This document shows positions 41,101-53,978 of a DNA stretch of 64,000 nt, one piece after another. The position numbers were made by a program, and so were the translations under genes. Source of the stretch: Nemertoderma westbladi (lineage: Eukaryota > Animalia > Xenacoelomorpha); NCBI GenBank assembly GCA_032718475.1, contig JAUCBJ010006938.1, positions 1 through 64,000 on the forward strand. Reading direction: 5' to 3'. Position 1 is the stretch's first letter; each line of letters opens with the position of its first letter. A model generated the notes under the pieces. It worked only from the letters and a program-made list of their open reading frames with translations. It had not been told where the DNA came from and made no database searches.

Positions 41101-44100
41101 TTCACCTTCCCTGCTCTCTCTAGTATTACAACATGGTCCTTGTACCAGTTCACCTTTGCTCTCTAGTATTACAACATGGTCCTTGTACCAGTTCACCTTC
41201 CCCTGCTCTCTCTAGAATTACAACATGGTCCTTGTACCAGTTCACCTTCCCCTGCTCTCTCTAGTATTACAACATGGTCCTTGTACCAGTTCACCTTTGC
41301 TCTCTAGTATTACAACATGGTCCTTGTACCAGTTCACCTTCCCCTTCTCTCTCTAGTATTACAACATGGTCCTTGTACCAGTTCACCTTCCCCTGCTCTC
41401 TCTAGTATTACAACATGGTCCTTGTACCAGTTCACCTTCCCCTGCTCTCTCTAGAATTACAACATGGTCCTTGTACCAGTTCACCTTTCCCTGCTCTCTC
41501 TAGTATTACAACATGGTCCTTGTACCAGTTCACCTTCCCCTGCTCTCTCTAGTATTACAACATGGTCCTTGTACCAGTTCACCTTTGCTCTCTCTAGTAT
41601 TACAACATGGTCCTTGTACAAGTTCACCTTCCCCTGCTCTCTCTAGTATTACAACATGGTCCTTGTACCAGTTCACCTTCCCCTGCTCTCTCTAGTATTA
41701 CAACATGGTCCTTGTACCAGTTCACCTTCCCCTGCTCTCTCTAGTATTACAACATGGTCCTTGTACCAGTTCACCTTTGCTCTCTCTAGTATTACAACAT
41801 GGTCCTTGTACCAGTTCACCTTTGCTCTCTCTAGTATTACAACATGGTCCTTGTACCAGTTCACCTTCCCCTGCTCTCTCTAGTATTACAACATGGTCCT
41901 TGTACCAGTTCACCTTTGCTCTCTCTAGTATTACAACATGGTCCTTGTACCAGTTCACCTTCCCCTGCTCTCTCTAGTATTACAACATGGTCCTTGTACC
42001 AGTTCACCTTCCCCTGCTCTCTCTAGTGTTACAACATGGTCCTTGTACCAGTTCACCTTTGCTCTCTCTAGTATTACAACATGGTCCTTGTACCAGTTCA
42101 CCTTCCCCTGCTCTCTCTAGTGTTACAACATGGTCCTTGTACCAGTTCACCTTCCCCTGCTCTCTCTAGTATTACAACATGGTCCTTGTACCAGTTCACC
42201 TTCGCTCTCTCTAGTATTACAACATGGTCCTTGTACCAGTTCACCTTTGCTCTCTCTAGTATTACAACATGGTCCTTGTACCAGTTCACCTTCCCCTGCT
42301 CTCTCTAGTATTACAACATGGTCCTTGTACCAGTTCACCTTTGCTCTCTCTAGTATTACAACATGGTCCTTGTACCAGTTCACCTTCCCCTGCTCTCTCT
42401 AGTGTTACAACATGGTCCTTGTACCAGTTCACCTTTGCTCTCTCTAGTATTACAACATGGTCCTTGTACCAGTTCACCTTCCCCTGCTCTCTCTAGTATT
42501 ACAACATGGTCCTTGTACCAGTTCACCTTCCCCTGCTCTCTCTAGTATTACAACATGGTCCTTGTACCAGTTCACCTTTGCTCTCTCTAGTATTACAACA
42601 TGGTCCTTGTACCAGTTCACCTTCCCCTGCTCTCTCTAGTATTACAACATGGTCCTTGTACCAGTTCACCTTTGCTCTCTCTAGTATTACAACATGGTCC
42701 TTGTACCAGTTCACCTTTGCTCTCTCTAGTATTACAACATGGTCCTTGTACCAGTTCACCTTCCCCTGCTCTCTCTAGTATTACAACATGGTCCTTGTAC
42801 CAGTTCACCTTCCCCTGCTCTCTCTAGTATTACAACATGGTCCTTGTACCAGTTCACCTTTGCTCTCTCTAGTATTACAACATGGTCCTTGTACCAGTTC
42901 ACCTTCCCCTGCTCTCTCTAGTATTACAACATGGTCCTTGTACCAGTTCACCTTCCCCGCTCTCTCTAGTATTACAACATGGTCCTTGTACCAGTTCACC
43001 TTTGCTCTCTCTAGTATTACAACATGGTCCTTGTACCAGTTCACCTTTGCTATCTCTAGTATTACAACATGGTCCTTGTACAAGTTCACCTTCCCCTGCT
43101 CTCTCTAGTATTACAACATGGTCCTTGTACCAGTTCACCTTCCCCTGCTCTCTCTAGTATTACAACATGGTCCTTGTACCAGTTCACCTTCCCCTGCTCT
43201 CTCTAGTATTACAACACGGCCCGTGTACCAGTTCACCTTTGCCTCTCTAGTATCACAACATGGTCCTTGTACCAGTTCACCTTCCCCTTCTCTCTCTAGT
43301 GTTACAACATGGTCCTTGTACCAGTTCACCTTTGCTCTCTAGTATTACAACATGGTCCTTGTACCAGTTCACCTTCCCCTGCTCTCTCTAGTGTTACAAA
43401 ATGGTCCTTGTACCAGTTCACCTTCCCCTGATCACTCTAGTATTACAACATGGTCCTTGTACCAGTTCACCTTCGCTCTCTAGTATTGCAACATGGTCCT
43501 TGTACCAGTTCACCTTTGCTCTCTCTAGTATTACAACATGGTCCTTGTACCAGTTCACCTTCCCCTGCTCTCTCTAGTGTTACAACATGGTCCTTGTACC
43601 AGTTCACCTTTGCTCTCTCTAGTATTACAACATGGTCCTTGTACCAGTTCACCTTCCCCTGCTCTCTCTAGTGTTACAACATGGTCCTTGTACCAGTTCA
43701 CCTTTGCTCTCTCTAGTATTACAACATGGTCCTTGTACCAGTTCACCTTCCCCTGCTCTCTCTAGTATTACAACATGGTCCTTGTACCAGTTCACCTTTG
43801 CTCTCTCTAGTATTACAACATGGTCCTTGTACCAGTTCACCTTCGCTCTCTCTAGTATTACAACATGGTCCTTGTACCAGTTCACCTTTGCTCTCTCTAG
43901 TATTACAACATGGTCCTTGTACCAGTTCACCTTCCCCTGCTCTCTCTAGTATTACAACATGGTCCTTGTACCAGTTCACCTTTGCTCTCTCTAGTATTAC
44001 AACATGGTCCTTGTACCAGTTCACCTTCCCTGCTCTCTCTAGTATTACAACATGGTCCTTGTACCAGTTCACCTTCCCCTGCTCTCTCTAGTATTACAAC

Positions 44101-44885
44101 ATGGTCCTTGTACCAGTTCACCTTTGCTCTCTCTAGTATTACAACATGGTCCTTGTACCAGTTCACCTTCCCTGCTCTCTCTAGTATTACAACATGGTCC
44201 TTGTACCAGTTCACCTTTGCTCTCTCTAGTATTACAACATGGTCCTTGTACCAGTTCACCTTCTGCTCTCTCTAGTATTACAACATGGTCCTTGTACCAG
44301 TTCACCTTTGCTCTCTCTAGTATTACAACATGGTCCTTGTACCAGTTCACCTTTGCTCTCTCTAGTATTACAACATGGTCCTTGTACCAGTTCACCTTTG
44401 CTCTCTCTAGTATTACAACATGGTCCGTGTACCAGTTCACCTTCCCCTGCTCTCTCTAGTATTACAACATGGTCCTTGTACCAGTTCACCTTTGCTCTCT
44501 CTAGTATTACAACATGGTCCTTGTACCAGTTCACCTTCCCCTGCTCTCTCTAGTATTACAACATGGTCCTTGTACCAGTTCACCTTTGCTCTCTCTAGTA
44601 TTACAACATGGTCCTTGTACCAGTTCACCTTCGCTCTCTCTAGTATTACAACATGGTCCTTGTACCAGTTCACCTTTGCTCTCTCTAGTATTACAACATG
44701 GTCCTTGTACCAGTTCACCTTCCCCTGCTCTCTCTAGTATTACAACATGGTCCTTGTACCAGTTCACCTTTGCTCTCTCTAGTATTACAACATGGTCCTT
44801 GTACCAGTTCACCTTCCCCTGCTCTCTCTAGTATTACAACATGGTCCTTGTACCAGTTCACCTTTGCTCTCTCTAGTATTACAAC
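38174..44885. repeat. 45/49-bp minisatellite (CTAGTATTACAACATGGTCCTTGTACCAGTTCACCTT[T|CCCCT]GCTCTCT)n, about 6.7 kb
   Basis: Directly visible; explains all ORFs from 38083 to 44928. Confidence 0.99.
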
Positions 44886-45049
44886 CATTCATTGCACGGC
44901 TTACGCCCCGGCAGGCTATAATTATTAATAAAACCACGAAAGTAAAAATAAATCAAATCAGTACAAATCAATCGAAATCAAACAATCAAATCAATCGGCT
45001 TACGCCCCGGCAGGCTATACTTATTAATAAAACCACGAAAGTAAAAATA

Positions 45050-45583
<534 letters not shown>

Positions 45584-45599
45584 CATATTAACTTTAGTG

Positions 45600-46866
45600 A
45601 AGGAATGAATTAGTTGAGCTTTTGACATTTTACCTAACATGCTATAAATAAAATACAATTTATTCACATAAGATATCAGTACAATATCTGTAACAAACTG
45701 TTGAAATCGAAAAAACTTGAGCCTACGTTCCAAAATGTTGAAATTGCGTTGAGAATGTATTTGTATGTAACAAACTGCGGCGGGGAGCGGTCGTTTAGTC
45801 AACTGAAGCGAGAATAAAATGCGCTAAGGGCGTCTATGGGAGCCGCAAGGCGGAGTGATTTGTCGCTACTTTGCATTGAGTGTGAAATACTTCATCAAAT
45901 TGATTTCGAAGATGTCATTGATGTATTTACAAAGCAAAAAACCCATGTAAACCAATAACTTTTTTAAAATACTACAGTATAAATACTATTAAATACTAAA
46001 TAACCCTATTTATACTAATACAATGTTATACCTACAGTAAAGGCCACCAGAAAACGCAGATTTGTACAATTGTGAACACATTTTATCAAATGTGTACCAG
46101 TGTAATTTAATGTTGTTGAACGGGACAATTGAACATAATTGAATTGGCAACAACCAAAAATTTTTCGCCAAAGGATACAATTGAATACTTTTGAAACGCT
46201 TAGTAATCTGGAAACTCCCTGTAGTTTGCCGCGAACTGTCACTCACTGCAGCTGGAAATGCGATAAGGATTTTGTTTACCTTTATAGTGTGCGGTTAATA
46301 GTGTCTAGTAGGCAGGCCTATAGTTAGTGATATTAAGGCATCTTCTGGTGTTTCTCTGTGCCCTCTCGGTGTCAGACTAATGGCGCGACATCTCCCTGCA
46401 CTAAATTAATTATTCAATGGTCTAGACTCCACCATCCTTAAACCCATCCACTCCCATACACTCCATGAACCTCCATGTGGTCTTGTATGTAGTTCTCTCT
46501 CTACCAATACAGCCCATGTCCGCAATGTTACGCCCTGGGGCTCTCTCATCTCAAAGCCTTTGTCGGTCCCAGCAAGTCAGGCTCCTGCTGTGTGATCTAG
46601 AAGATAACTCGCCATAACCTGCCAATCAGATTACTTGAACAAATGTGTTCACATGTGATCACATTGGATAAAATCTGCTTTTTCTGGTGGCCTGTACTGT
46701 ACAATATGTTGGTTATTTTTAGAATAAAAAATACAATGTTTTCCATTTCAAATTTGCCCAATAGACGCTGGCGCCCCTATGCCAATAATTATGAACAATA
46801 AAATTTTAGGGCCCCAACTGCTGTATACCATTAGCCTAGGGGCCCCCAAAACCTTATCCGGCCCTG
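45600..46866 (+). mobile_element. hAT transposon 3' remnant (C-terminal dimerisation domain pseudogene plus right TIR)
   Basis: About 45728-45945 translates FQNVEIALRMYLYVTNCGGERSFSQLKRE*NALRASM...LSLLCIECEILHQIDFEDVIDVF (hATC ERSFS motif with an internal stop). Right end ggggccccc...ttatccggccctg is the reverse complement of a hAT-type TIR (CAGGGCCGG). No left end was found. Confidence 0.8.
46035..46699. mobile_element. Tc1/mariner-pogo-type MITE nested in the hAT remnant (TA TSD, CAGT... termini)
   Basis: ta|cagtaaaggccaccagaaaacgcagattt ... aaatctgctttttctggtggcctgtactg|ta; further inverted similarity gtgaacacattt / aaatgtgttcac. Confidence 0.75.
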
Positions 46867-49659
46867 CTTATATTCCATGACAAGGTTTTATTAATTTCAT
46901 ATGTTGCAAATAAAGTGAAATAGTAAATAACATCCGTATCGTATTCGCCATTTCACTACGGAGTTTCAGACTGCGCTGCTGCCTGTTTTTTTAGAAAAAT
47001 ATATAAAAATTATTTGTGAAGGACTAGAACATACGTAGAATATACGAGAAGGCCTATCATATGACATATTCCACTCCAGTAACAACATGACTTCAGTCTG
47101 AGACCACAGGGGATGAATAAATCAATCTATTTCACTGACACCGATGTAGCCTTATAATCTATTGCCATTAGAAATAAATAAACAATTTTCTGCAAAAATA
47201 CAAATGGGTTTTATTTATGGTATTGATCATATTCTCAATTCTCACTAACTAACTGACTGTATTTAGGTTTATAAAACAGCACAGTAGTTCATTTCAGGAG
47301 CATATTTTGATTTCACCATATGGCGATCATATTAAAGTTGTAGATAGGATACAAACAGACAGGGGAGAGATTTGCTCTGCATGTAATTTATTGGCAAACC
47401 CAATAAAGATTCTTGACACCACTGCTAGGCTGAATTCTTGCGTTGGGTGAATCAAATACCGTACACCAATGGGGAGGGTAAGGGTGTCTGTATCGTGCTT
47501 CTGTCTATAATAGGCCTACACTATTGGGGGACTACTGGACTAGGAGTATCATATAGGACAGTACAACTGCACTCCCTATAAAATCATTTAAAAAATAATA
47601 ATCCTTCATTCTGGCTTTTATTCATTGAGTTCTGGAGTTGTTGTCTAATAAAACTTTATTTAATAGAGACTACATTCATTCTATTTGATATCGTATTACA
47701 CGAGTACACGTAATACCTACCGGTGCCATTTTGTTCCACTGGGAGGCGCAAATTATTTAATTATTATTTTTAATTGATTCTCAACTCTAACAGCAAACCT
47801 GACAAAGTTAAAATTAAACAACTAGATAAATTTAATTATCCAATATGCCTAAATATTTCTATCCAATATTCCTAAATATTTCAAATTACCGCTTTTCAAA
47901 AAATTTATAATAGTATTAACTTAACTCTGAATTAATAAAATTATATTATCAGAAATATTAATATCACAGTTCAGGGGTGGATGCTGGGCTATTCTTAGTA
48001 TTCGTATCCTATCTGCCTACTGCCTATCACATATTGCAGTTCTCGTTGCATTCTGTTCGGCTTCCTAATGCTCTAATGCAGTAAAAGATTTTGAGTACCG
48101 GTACTGTTGTAGTAGGAAGGATATTATTATTATAGATTCGCAATAGTGGAGTTAGTAACAGTAGTTATGTAGTAACGTTTTGATGTGTACCGGTACTGTA
48201 CATAACGGGGTGTTGCCTTGTGTAACACTAACAAGCCCCACAGTTTTACTTTAAACATGCTTCCCTAGTACAGTGCTGTCTGCCAGTCTGTTGTTGTAAT
48301 CTATCAGAGTACAAAAAGTTCGACTTGAGTAAAATTGTCTTGAGTGCGGTAGTACCGGACGACCATATGTGCTTGTGCATATATCCAAACCCAAATACGG
48401 CAGAAACGTGTGACTGAAATATTCTGAAAATATTTTGATGAGATTGAATTATCCGCCTTCCATCTAATTAAATAACTTTTGTTGGGCACAGGTTTAAAAG
48501 TCGGCAATGATAGCCAGGTGTCAGGTTGGATCGAACTTGTGACCTCCAGGTTGGACGCTCTAAATGGCTAAATGGCTAAGACTAAATGGCTAAGTGCGAC
48601 GGGATAGGAGTATTGGTAACAGCTAACAGGAATGGGGGGGGGGGGGGGGGGGGGGGGTAACAGCACAGTAACGGTACCACTGAAGCCCCCTTAGTGCAGT
48701 AAGCTGGTAAGGAATTCAATTTAGGTTGAGTGAAAAGAACAGGTTGCAATAGCGATGGCAGCCAATTCTTACCACAACTATTTTAGTGTATTTAACGCCT
48801 ACAGTACAGTAGTACCAGCCAGTCATTGGCAGTTTGGCTCCAACAATAATATATCGATTAAGATTACACTCGGATTCAGACTTACTAATAATTGAGCTCT
48901 GAATGCTGCACTTTATATCATTATTCATATTAGGGTAACAAAAAGATGATAATTATTGTACTTATTCACATAGAGTATAGTAATTGTTGCCGAGACAAGT
49001 AAGATTTCTCTCCTACTGTACCAACACACCATTAGAGTTGACAACTACGAACTACCATCTCCGGTTGCACTTAGGATTAAAACTGGTAAATGGATTGTAA
49101 TATGATGTTTATTAATTAATATTACACGGTAATGAAAACCGATATATATTTTATTATATAGTGATAAAATATTATTTGTTACATTATTTATATATTATTT
49201 AATTTTTTTAAAATGAATTGTTTGCTGCCATTAATGTGTACAATTTCATAAACATGACTTACTAAATAATGAAATGAATAGGCCTACGGTTGTTAGGTCA
49301 ATTTGAAGTTTAGTTTGTGCCCTTCAATATAGCTTGAAATCTTTCGAAATCTAATTGCAAATCGTTTTTTTTTGCAAATACGAATGACGAATACTCAATT
49401 GTTGTATATATTAAGCCAATTAATATAATTAAATTATAATATAATAAATAATACATTATTAATTATATAATATAAGTCCAGAATTATATAATATAAGACC
49501 TTGCGCTGCGCCTAACTAAACTTGCAACATTATTGTTATAATATAATATTAATAAATATAAGATAATTAATTAATATTAATTATTTATTATAATATAATA
49601 AAATTAATTAATTAATATAATATCAATTATTTTACATTGTATGCCAATCAAATAATTCC

Positions 49660-51470
49660 GAGCTGCCTCGTGGTTCAACCACAGGTTGATGCCATCAATG
49701 ACGCCGGCGACAGCAGGCAATTATCCCAGGCATGGAAATCGATCAACTTGCTTACTGGGCGGAAAAGCCAACCAACCACCAAGGTTAAGGCTGAATCACC
49801 AGCCGATCGCTGATCGTTGGAAGGCCCACTTTAAAAAGCTCCTCAATAATGACAGGGTATTGCCCGATAACTTTATAGAAGTAAAAGTGTCCGAGTCTGT
49901 ACTCCCAGATATTCCCTTTGGCGATATATCCTTTGCAGAAGTGAAGGCTGCTGCAAAGAGCATTAAGACCAATCGTGCCAGTGGAGTAGATGGTGTTCCC
50001 CCTGAGGTCTTTAAAATACCTGAGTGTTTAAAGCTCATCTATCCCATCATAGTAGACATGTACAGAACAACAAGAGTCCCACAAGAAATGAAAACAAATA
50101 AGTTGGTGCCAGTTCCCAAGAAGGGCAACCTAACACTCTATGGTTCTTTTCGGGGCATCTCATTGATCTCAATTGCTGCAAAGCTATACAATATAATTCA
50201 TTAAATCGCATCAGGGATCCCATTGAGAGACTGCTCCGTGGAAATCAGAATGGGTTCCGTAAGGTCGAGGACCATGGAGCCCATTTTGGCACTTAGAAGG
50301 ATAATTGAAGAGTTATCAAAAAAGAAAGACAGGCATCTGGCTGTTATCTTTGTTGACTTCTTCATGGCCTTTGATTCAGTCTCTCGCTCACGTATGTTCA
50401 GCATACTTTCATTATATGGGATTCCTGATGAAATTATTGCAGCAATCAGATCAGTATACGATGGTTCGACAACATTTGTGTCTACTGTTGACGGTGACAC
50501 AGAACCATTTGAAGTATTATGGGGAGTCCTCCAAGGAGACAGACTTGCGCCATTCCTGTTCATAATTGTGGTTGACTATGTTCTACGCTTGTCTTTAGAT
50601 GTTCATAATGATGATGGGGTGATGGTAACTCCACCTACTGGCTCCAGAAGTCGAGGAAATCCTGCCAAGTACCTAACTGATCTAGACTTTGCTGATGACT
50701 TAGGAGTACTCTCAGAATCACTAGAGGGAGCCCAACGGCTCCTCAGCTCATTAGAACAGGCTGCTTCTAGTGTTGGTCTTTTTATTAACTCCAAAAAGAC
50801 CACAATTTTGACAGTTAACTTTGAAAGTCCTCAGCAAGTCTCTGACCGGATGAGCATAAGCTCAAAGGATGGTATGCTTGAGCATGTGGACGACTTCTGT
50901 TACCTGGGATCATGGATCCGCAAGTCAGGTGAGGACCTTCGAATACGTAAGGGAAAGGCATGGGCAGCCTTGAATAGGCTTTCCAGGATTTGGAAGTCAC
51001 ATAGAATTAATCGGAAACTTAAGGTCCGATTATTTAGAGCTAGCAGTAGTTCCAGTACTACTCTATGGGAGTCCATGCTGGGCTCTAACTGCTGAGGACA
51101 CCAAATCTCTGGATGGCACATTCACAAGAATCCTACGCCGGGTTCACTGTGTCAAGTACAATGCACACATCTCCAACCAGACACTATATAACATTGGAGG
51201 TGTCTCATTGGTTCCCCCAAGCTTGACACTACAAAAAAGCCGCCTCCGCTTTGCAGGACATTGCTTTCGCCGTGAGGACCAGACAGTGCATAATCTTGTG
51301 CTGTGGTAGCCTCATGGAGTGAATAAGCATGCTGGACAGCCCATGACTTTCTTGAGACGCATCTTAAAGGACACTGGCCTTGAAGATGCGGTTGATCTAG
51401 CAAATGTCGTGATAGGGAGTTGTGGCGGCGCAATTTTGTCGACAATCCGGCACAGCATTCTTAAAAATAC
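49660..51470 (+). mobile_element. 5'-truncated, frameshifted RTE-clade LINE (reverse transcriptase)
   Basis: ORFs 49686-50204 and 50223-51095 carry KASG.DG-like, VPVPKKG..., FRGISL, FVDFxxAFDSV, GVLQGD.LAPFLF and LDFADD; an RTE-type C-terminus RLRFAGHCFR lies at about 51240. Confidence 0.9.
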
Positions 51471-51836
51471 AGCTGCAATGCAGCATGCCGATCCTAGTAG
51501 CCTCCTCGTGGTAGAATATTGGATGGAAATTTGAAGAAATCGTTAGTAAATTATAAATTAGAAAAAGTTAGCGGACGTGGCACCTGGTAGTGTAACCACA
51601 CTACGAAATGGTTATCGGAATATGAAAACCGATTGTTGAATTTTAATTTCCCTCCAATATTTTCCAGTGAGAGACAGCTTGGAGTTATTTGATTGGCCTA
51701 AATAGATTGCAAACTATTCTTCATTAAACCATTTGAAAAAAACAAATTTGCAATCGAGAAAAAACAAGCTTTATTGAAGCTTTGATTGGATTCTTTGAAT
51801 TGCTATTAAAATGATCAGCAAATCGAGATAAAAAAT

Positions 51837-53978
51837 AATATTGGCCTAATGCAACCCACCTTAGTAGCCCTACTGTAGTCTGCTATTAATATTGGCCTAA
51901 TGCAACCACCTTAGGAGCCCTAATGTAGTCTGCTATTAATGTTGGCCTAATGTGACAACCACCTTAGTAGCCCTACTGTAGTCTGCTATTAATATTGCCC
52001 TAATGCAACCAACCACCTTAGTAGCCCTACTGTAGTCTGCTATTAATATTGGCCCAATGCAACCACCTTAGTAGCCCTACTATAGTCTGCTATTAATATT
52101 GCCCTAATGCAACCAACCACCTTAGTAGCCCTACTATAGTCTGCTATTAATATTGGCCTAATGCAACCACCTTTGTAGCCCTAATGTAGTCTGCTATTAA
52201 TATTGGCCTAATGCAACCACCTTAGTAGCCCTACTGTAGTCTGCTATTAATATTGGCCTAGTGCAACCACCTTAGTAGCCTTACTGTAGTCTGCTATTAA
52301 TATTGCCCTAATGCAACCAACCACCTTAGTAGCCCTACTGTAGTCTGCTATTAATATTGGCCTAGTGCAACCACCTTAGTAGCCTTACTGTAGTCTGCTA
52401 TTAATATTGTCCTAATGCAACCAACCACCTTAGTAGCCTTACTGTAGTCTGCTATTAATATTGCCCTAATGCAACCAACCACCTTAGTAGCCCTACTGTA
52501 GTCTGCTATTAATATTGGCCTAGTGCAACCACCTTAGTAGCCTTACTGTAGTCTGCTATTAATATTGCCCTAATGCAACCAACCTCCTTAGTAGCCCTAC
52601 TGTAGTCTGCTATTAATATTGGCCTAGTGCAACCACCTTAGTAGCCCTAATGTAGTCTGCTATTAATATTGCCCTAATGCAACCAACCACCTTAGTAGCC
52701 CTACTGTAGTCTGCTATTAATATTGGCCTAGTGCAACCACCTTAGTAGCCTTACTGTAGTCTGCTATTAATATTGCCCTAATGCAACCAACCACATTAGT
52801 AGCCTTACTGTAGTCTGCTATTAATATTGCCCTAATGCAACCAACCACCTTAGTAGCCTTGCTGTAGTCTGCTATTAATATTGGCCTAGTGCAACCACCT
52901 TAGTAGCCTTACTGTAGTCTGCTATTAATATTACCCTAATGCAACCACCTTAGTAGCCCTAATGTAGTCTGCTATTAATGTTGGCCTAATGCAACCAACC
53001 ACCCTAGTAGCCCTACTGTAGTCTGCTATTAATATTTGCCCAATGCAACCTCTAGCCCTACTATAGTCTGCTATTAATATTGGCCCAATGCACCCACCTT
53101 AGTAGCTCTACTATAGTCTGCTATTAATATTGCCCTAATGCAACCAACAACCTTTGTAGCCCTAATGTAGTCTGCTATTAATGTTGCCCTAATGCAACCA
53201 CCTTAGTAGCCCTAATGTAGTCTGGTATTAATATTGCCCCAATGCAACCACCTTACTAGACCTAATGTAGTCTGGTATTAATATTGCCCTAATGCCTTAG
53301 TAGCCCTAATGTAGTCTGGTATTAATATTGCCCCAATGCAACCACCTTACTAGCCCTAATGTAGTCTGGTATTAATATTGCCCTAATGCAACCGCCTTAG
53401 TAGCCCTAATGTAGTCTGGTATTAATATTGCCCTAATGCAACCACCTTAGTAGCCCTAATGTAGTCTGGTATTAATATTGCCCTAATGCAACCACCTTAG
53501 TAGCCCTACTGTAGTCTGCTATTAATGTTGGCCTAATGCAACCACCTTAGGAGCCCTAATGTAGTCTGCTATTAATGTTGGCCTAATGCAACCACCTTAG
53601 TAGCCCTAATGTAGTCTGCTATTAATGTTGGCCTAATGCAACCACCTTAGTAGCCCTACTGTAGTCTGCTATTAATGTTGGCCTAATGCAACCAACTTAG
53701 TAACCCTACTGTAGTCTGCTATTAATGTTGGCCTAATGCAACCACCTTAGTAGCCCTACTATATTCTGCTATTAATGTTGGCCTAATGCAACCACCTTAG
53801 TAGCCCTACTGTAGTCTGCTATTAATGTTGGCCTAATGCAACCAACTTAGTAACCCTACTGTAGTCTGCTATTAATGTTGGCCTAATGCAACCACCTTAG
53901 TAGCCCTACTATATTCTGCTATTAATGTTGGCCTAATGCAACCACCTTAGTAGCCCTACTATATTCTGCTATTAATAT
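51837..53978. repeat. 50/54-bp minisatellite (AATATTGGCCTAATGCAACC[AACC]ACCTTAGTAGCCCTACTGTAGTCTGCTATT)n, about 2.1 kb
   Basis: Period 50 is visible (e.g. 53521-53640); abuts the truncated Gypsy element. Confidence 0.97.

Noticed and set aside
48520-48600. B-box-like ggatcgaact...gacctcc (similar at about 37990-38040)
   Set aside because: Too degenerate to delimit; at most old SINE fragments.
51668-51705. Crystallin-like fragment after a ttttccag acceptor (DSLELFDWPK)
   Set aside because: In-frame TAG after 11 codons and no further motif; probably chance.
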